DNA of 64,000 nt from an uncultured Solirubrobacterales bacterium (GTDB lineage: Bacteria > Actinomycetota > Thermoleophilia > Solirubrobacterales > Solirubrobacteraceae). The notes below the pieces were generated by a model, which saw only the letters and a program-made list of their open reading frames with translations, was not told the origin of the DNA and did not search any database. A program made the translations under genes and the position numbers. Location of the stretch: positions 53,726 through 117,725 of the forward strand of contig CAVRPD010000001.1 of the NCBI GenBank assembly GCA_963723075.1. Reading direction: 5' to 3'. Of this stretch, positions 61,924-64,000 are shown one piece after another. Positions within the stretch are counted from its first letter, which is position 1, and every line of letters starts with the position of its first letter.

Positions 61924-62769
61924 CTACTGCTCGTCGTCGCGACGGTAGCCGAGCCGGGCGGAGATGCGGTCGGCGGTGGCGATCAGATGGGGGCCGAGAT
62001 GCTCCACGAGCTCCTCGAGTGCGATCGTCGAGGAGTGAGCCGAGATGCTGACGGCGGCGATGACGTCACGGTCGACGCTGCGCACGGGGGCGGCGATCGC
62101 GTGAAGCTCGGGCGCAAGCTCCTGGTCGTTGATCGCGAGTCCCTCCTCCACGACGCTCGCCAGCTCCTCTTCGAGCGCCCGCTTGCCGACGATCGTGTTT
62201 GGGCCTCTCCTCGTCCGCGTCGTCTGTGCGATCAGCTCGTGCCGCTCGCGCGCGGGCAGGTGGGCGAGCAGGATCTTGCCCATCGCCGTGCAATAGGCCG
62301 GCACGCGGGAGCCTGCGCTCAAGCCGAGGTCGACCTTCAGCTGGGCGCGGCGCAGCCCCCGCACGCGGTCTACGTAGAGGATCTCCGTGCCTTCGAGCAC
62401 GGCCAAGCTCACGGTGTAGGCGCTCTGCCTGCTCAGCTCCTCCAGATACTGGTGGGCATGCTCACGCAGAGACGTGGAGCTGAGCGCCGCCATGCCCAGG
62501 TTCGTCACGCCAAGCCCCAGCCGGTACTTGCGCGAGGCGCCCTGCTGCAGATAGCCAAGCGCGACGAGCGTGATCACGTAGCGATGAGTGGTGCTGCGAC
62601 TCATGCCGAGCTCGTCGGCGATCGCGGCGATGCCGAGCACCGGGCGAGCGGGCGTGAAGCAGCTGAGGATCGCAAGGCCACGCTCAAGCGATTGCGAATA
62701 GCGGGGCTCGCGCAGGCTGGGGATCGACCAGGAGAGCTCCTCTGCGGTCATCGTCCGCGTTCTAGGCAT
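61924..62769 (-). CDS. IclR-family transcriptional regulator (full length)
   Basis: 'SLERGLAILSCF', 'IADELGMSRSTTHRYVITLVALGYL' and a C-terminal effector domain. Confidence 0.88.
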   Translation of the reverse strand: MPRTRTMTAEELSWSIPSLREPRYSQSLERGLAILSCFTPARPVLGIAAIADELGMSRSTTHRYVITLVALGYLQQGASRKYRLGLGVTNLGMAALSSTSLREHAHQYLEELSRQSAYTVSLAVLEGTEILYVDRVRGLRRAQLKVDLGLSAGSRVPAYCTAMGKILLAHLPARERHELIAQTTRTRRGPNTIVGKRALEEELASVVEEGLAINDQELAPELHAIAAPVRSVDRDVIAAVSISAHSSTIALEELVEHLGPHLIATADRISARLGYRRDDEQ

Positions 62770-62823
62770 GACGCGCTCGCCCCCCCTCGGAGCATTGGCC
62801 TTTGAACGTGGCGGCAGCCGGGC

Positions 62824-63183
62824 TCATCCCGCCACCGGCCGGCGATATCCGCGGGTGCGTGGGTCCTGCTCGAGCAGCCCGACAGCCAGAAGGGTCGTCA
62901 TGTAGCGGTGCGTGGTGCTCGGGCTCATGCCGATCTTGTGAGCGACGTCCGTCACGGCCAGCTCCGTCCCGTCGGAGGGGAAGCAGCTGAGCACCAATAG
63001 GCCCAGCAGGAGCGAGCGCGAATGGCGTGGGCTCTCCGACAGGGCGAGATATCTGGATGTGAACGTGCGCTGGTCGCTCAACCCGCGCAACAGGCCGGCC
63101 ACGCCGTTGTCTCCCGAGACCCCGCGGACCACATCGTTGATCTGGGCCTTGGAGAGCTCGATTGAGATTCCGCTCTTGGTCAT
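62824..63183 (-). CDS. IclR-type HTH-only protein (no effector domain)
   Basis: MTKSGISIELSK... 'SRSLLLGLLVLSCF' and 'VAHKIGMSPSTTHRYMTTLLAVGLL' match the IclR N-terminal wHTH. The protein ends about 20 aa later. Confidence 0.6.
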   Translation of the reverse strand: MTKSGISIELSKAQINDVVRGVSGDNGVAGLLRGLSDQRTFTSRYLALSESPRHSRSLLLGLLVLSCFPSDGTELAVTDVAHKIGMSPSTTHRYMTTLLAVGLLEQDPRTRGYRRPVAG

Positions 63184-63441
63184 GTCGATCCTGAGGTCAG
63201 ACGCATAAGGTGCGAGCCGAACGTCTGAGCAGACGCTCGGCTCGCCCATTGGCGAGACAAAGCGGGATTCAGGGACAGGCACATGTGTGCTCGATCCATC
63301 ATCACGCACGAGCGATTATGTCCAAGGCGCAGATGGTTCAACAAGTAGAAAGTTGAATGTTCTAATTTAGAGCAATCCATTCGAATGTCCTGTCTCGTCC
63401 TAGATGTAGCCCTTTGTCAGAGACTACTAAATGGCGCCTGC

Positions 63442-63455
63442 TTGCACGCGTGCAA
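63442..63455. promoter_or_regulatory. Perfect 14-bp palindrome TTGCACGCGTGCAA in an AT-rich intergenic region
   Basis: Read directly. It lies 14 nt past the stop of the DUF2600-like gene and about 260 nt upstream of the HTH-only gene. A second inverted repeat, TTCAAC-n9-GTTGAA, is at 63337-63357. Confidence 0.45.
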
Positions 63456-63468
63456 TGAGAGGGTGTAT

Positions 63469-64000
63469 CTAAGTGCCGGTGGCGCTCGCTTGACGTGTCA
63501 GGCGCCCAGCGGCGCGCCGGGCGCCCATCACCAGCATGGTCGGCGCCGCGAGATCGCCCATCGTCGCCAGCACCCGTTGCTTGGCCAGGCGCGCGTCTGG
63601 CATCGATGCCTGGGGGTCCGACAGATAGAGGCTGGCCATCGCCGCGAGAATCATCGCGTGATGGTTGGCGCGGGGAAGAGATCGCGCGTGGCGTACGGCC
63701 TGCGCGGCGATCATCTCCAGGCGCGCAGCAGTTTCAGCCGGTGAGAGATAGCAGTCGATCAGGCTGCGATGCCCGGCGGAGGTGGTGTCCTCGCGTCGAT
63801 CGATTAAGCTGTCCAACAGTGTGTGAAGCGCGCCGATCCACGGGTAGTAGGCATCTTCCAGAGCAGTGGTCTGCTCCCCCGTCAGCAAAGGGTCCGCGGC
63901 TGCGGTGATCAGCGCGAGCACGGCCAGCGAGGACCCGGCCGCCGCCCCCGTCTCCCACCATCTGAGCCCCGTCTTCGGCTGGGTTTCCTCGCTTGCCCAC
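63469..64000 (-). CDS. DUF2600/YtpB-like (tetraprenyl-beta-curcumene synthase family) protein, C-terminal part; gene runs off the right edge
   Basis: 'EDAYYPWIGALHTLLDSLIDRREDT' resembles the DUF2600 core (recollection). The frame is open from 63921 to nt 64000 (WASEETQPKTGLRWWETGAAAGSSLA...). Confidence 0.55.
   Translation of the reverse strand, partial: WASEETQPKTGLRWWETGAAAGSSLAVLALITAAADPLLTGEQTTALEDAYYPWIGALHTLLDSLIDRREDTTSAGHRSLIDCYLSPAETAARLEMIAAQAVRHARSLPRANHHAMILAAMASLYLSDPQASMPDARLAKQRVLATMGDLAAPTMLVMGARRAAGRLTRQASATGT

Overview
By eye this is a very GC-rich (roughly 70%), densely coding chromosomal segment of actinobacterial type. Supporting signs are two MMPL transporters, YrbE/Mkl-type Mla permeases, an mIHF-like protein, the DUF4235/holin-X/DUF3618 triad, many GTG starts and many 4-nt start/stop overlaps. 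I support about 70 CDS. I saw no rRNA, tRNA, CRISPR array, transposase or integrase. The content is mostly lipid, acyl-CoA and envelope metabolism: bioB (partial), crotonases, acyl-CoA dehydrogenases, a carboxyltransferase, a BKACE enzyme, a family III CoA-transferase, glpK, plsC, DegV, glycosyltransferases and an SPT-like enzyme. Housekeeping genes include metH, type III glutamine synthetase, a BolA/monothiol-Grx/HesB Fe-S trio, a HemQ-like protein and two AlkA-like glycosylases. Regulators are MerR, TetR, two IclR-type proteins and an OmpR/HK pair. The many long Arg/Ala/Pro-rich ORFs opposite or out of frame with these genes are treated as GC-driven shadow ORFs. Candidates for a new system, most interesting first: (1) 54.8-61.9 kb. 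A translationally coupled operon encodes a tandem-repeat membrane-anchored protein, a signal-less ApbE flavin transferase, a bis-heme ferric-reductase-type membrane protein, a NuoF-like dehydrogenase, a small ferredoxin and two small membrane proteins, divergent from a two-component system. It looks like a split NOX-like transmembrane electron-transfer/flavinylation module with no canonical FMN-bind substrate. (2) 50.8-53.4 kb. A serine-palmitoyltransferase-like gene sits 14 bp from a divergent ~385-aa GNAT-like acyltransferase, a possible minimal sphingoid/ceramide-type lipid locus. (3) 42.7-49.4 kb. Two MlaE/YrbE permeases and an MlaF/Mkl ATPase, with no MCE/MlaD gene, are coupled to an MMPL/RND transporter, a CXXC-less thioredoxin-fold protein and a B3/4-domain protein. 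(4) Smaller items: an AT-rich promoter/operator island driving a leaderless orphan AAA ATPase, a small-protein/nucleotidyltransferase TA-like pair, a low-GC secreted orphan, a Liu-like catabolic cluster with a BKACE enzyme, and several repeat or inverted-repeat elements. All functional calls come from motif recognition by eye. No database search was run.
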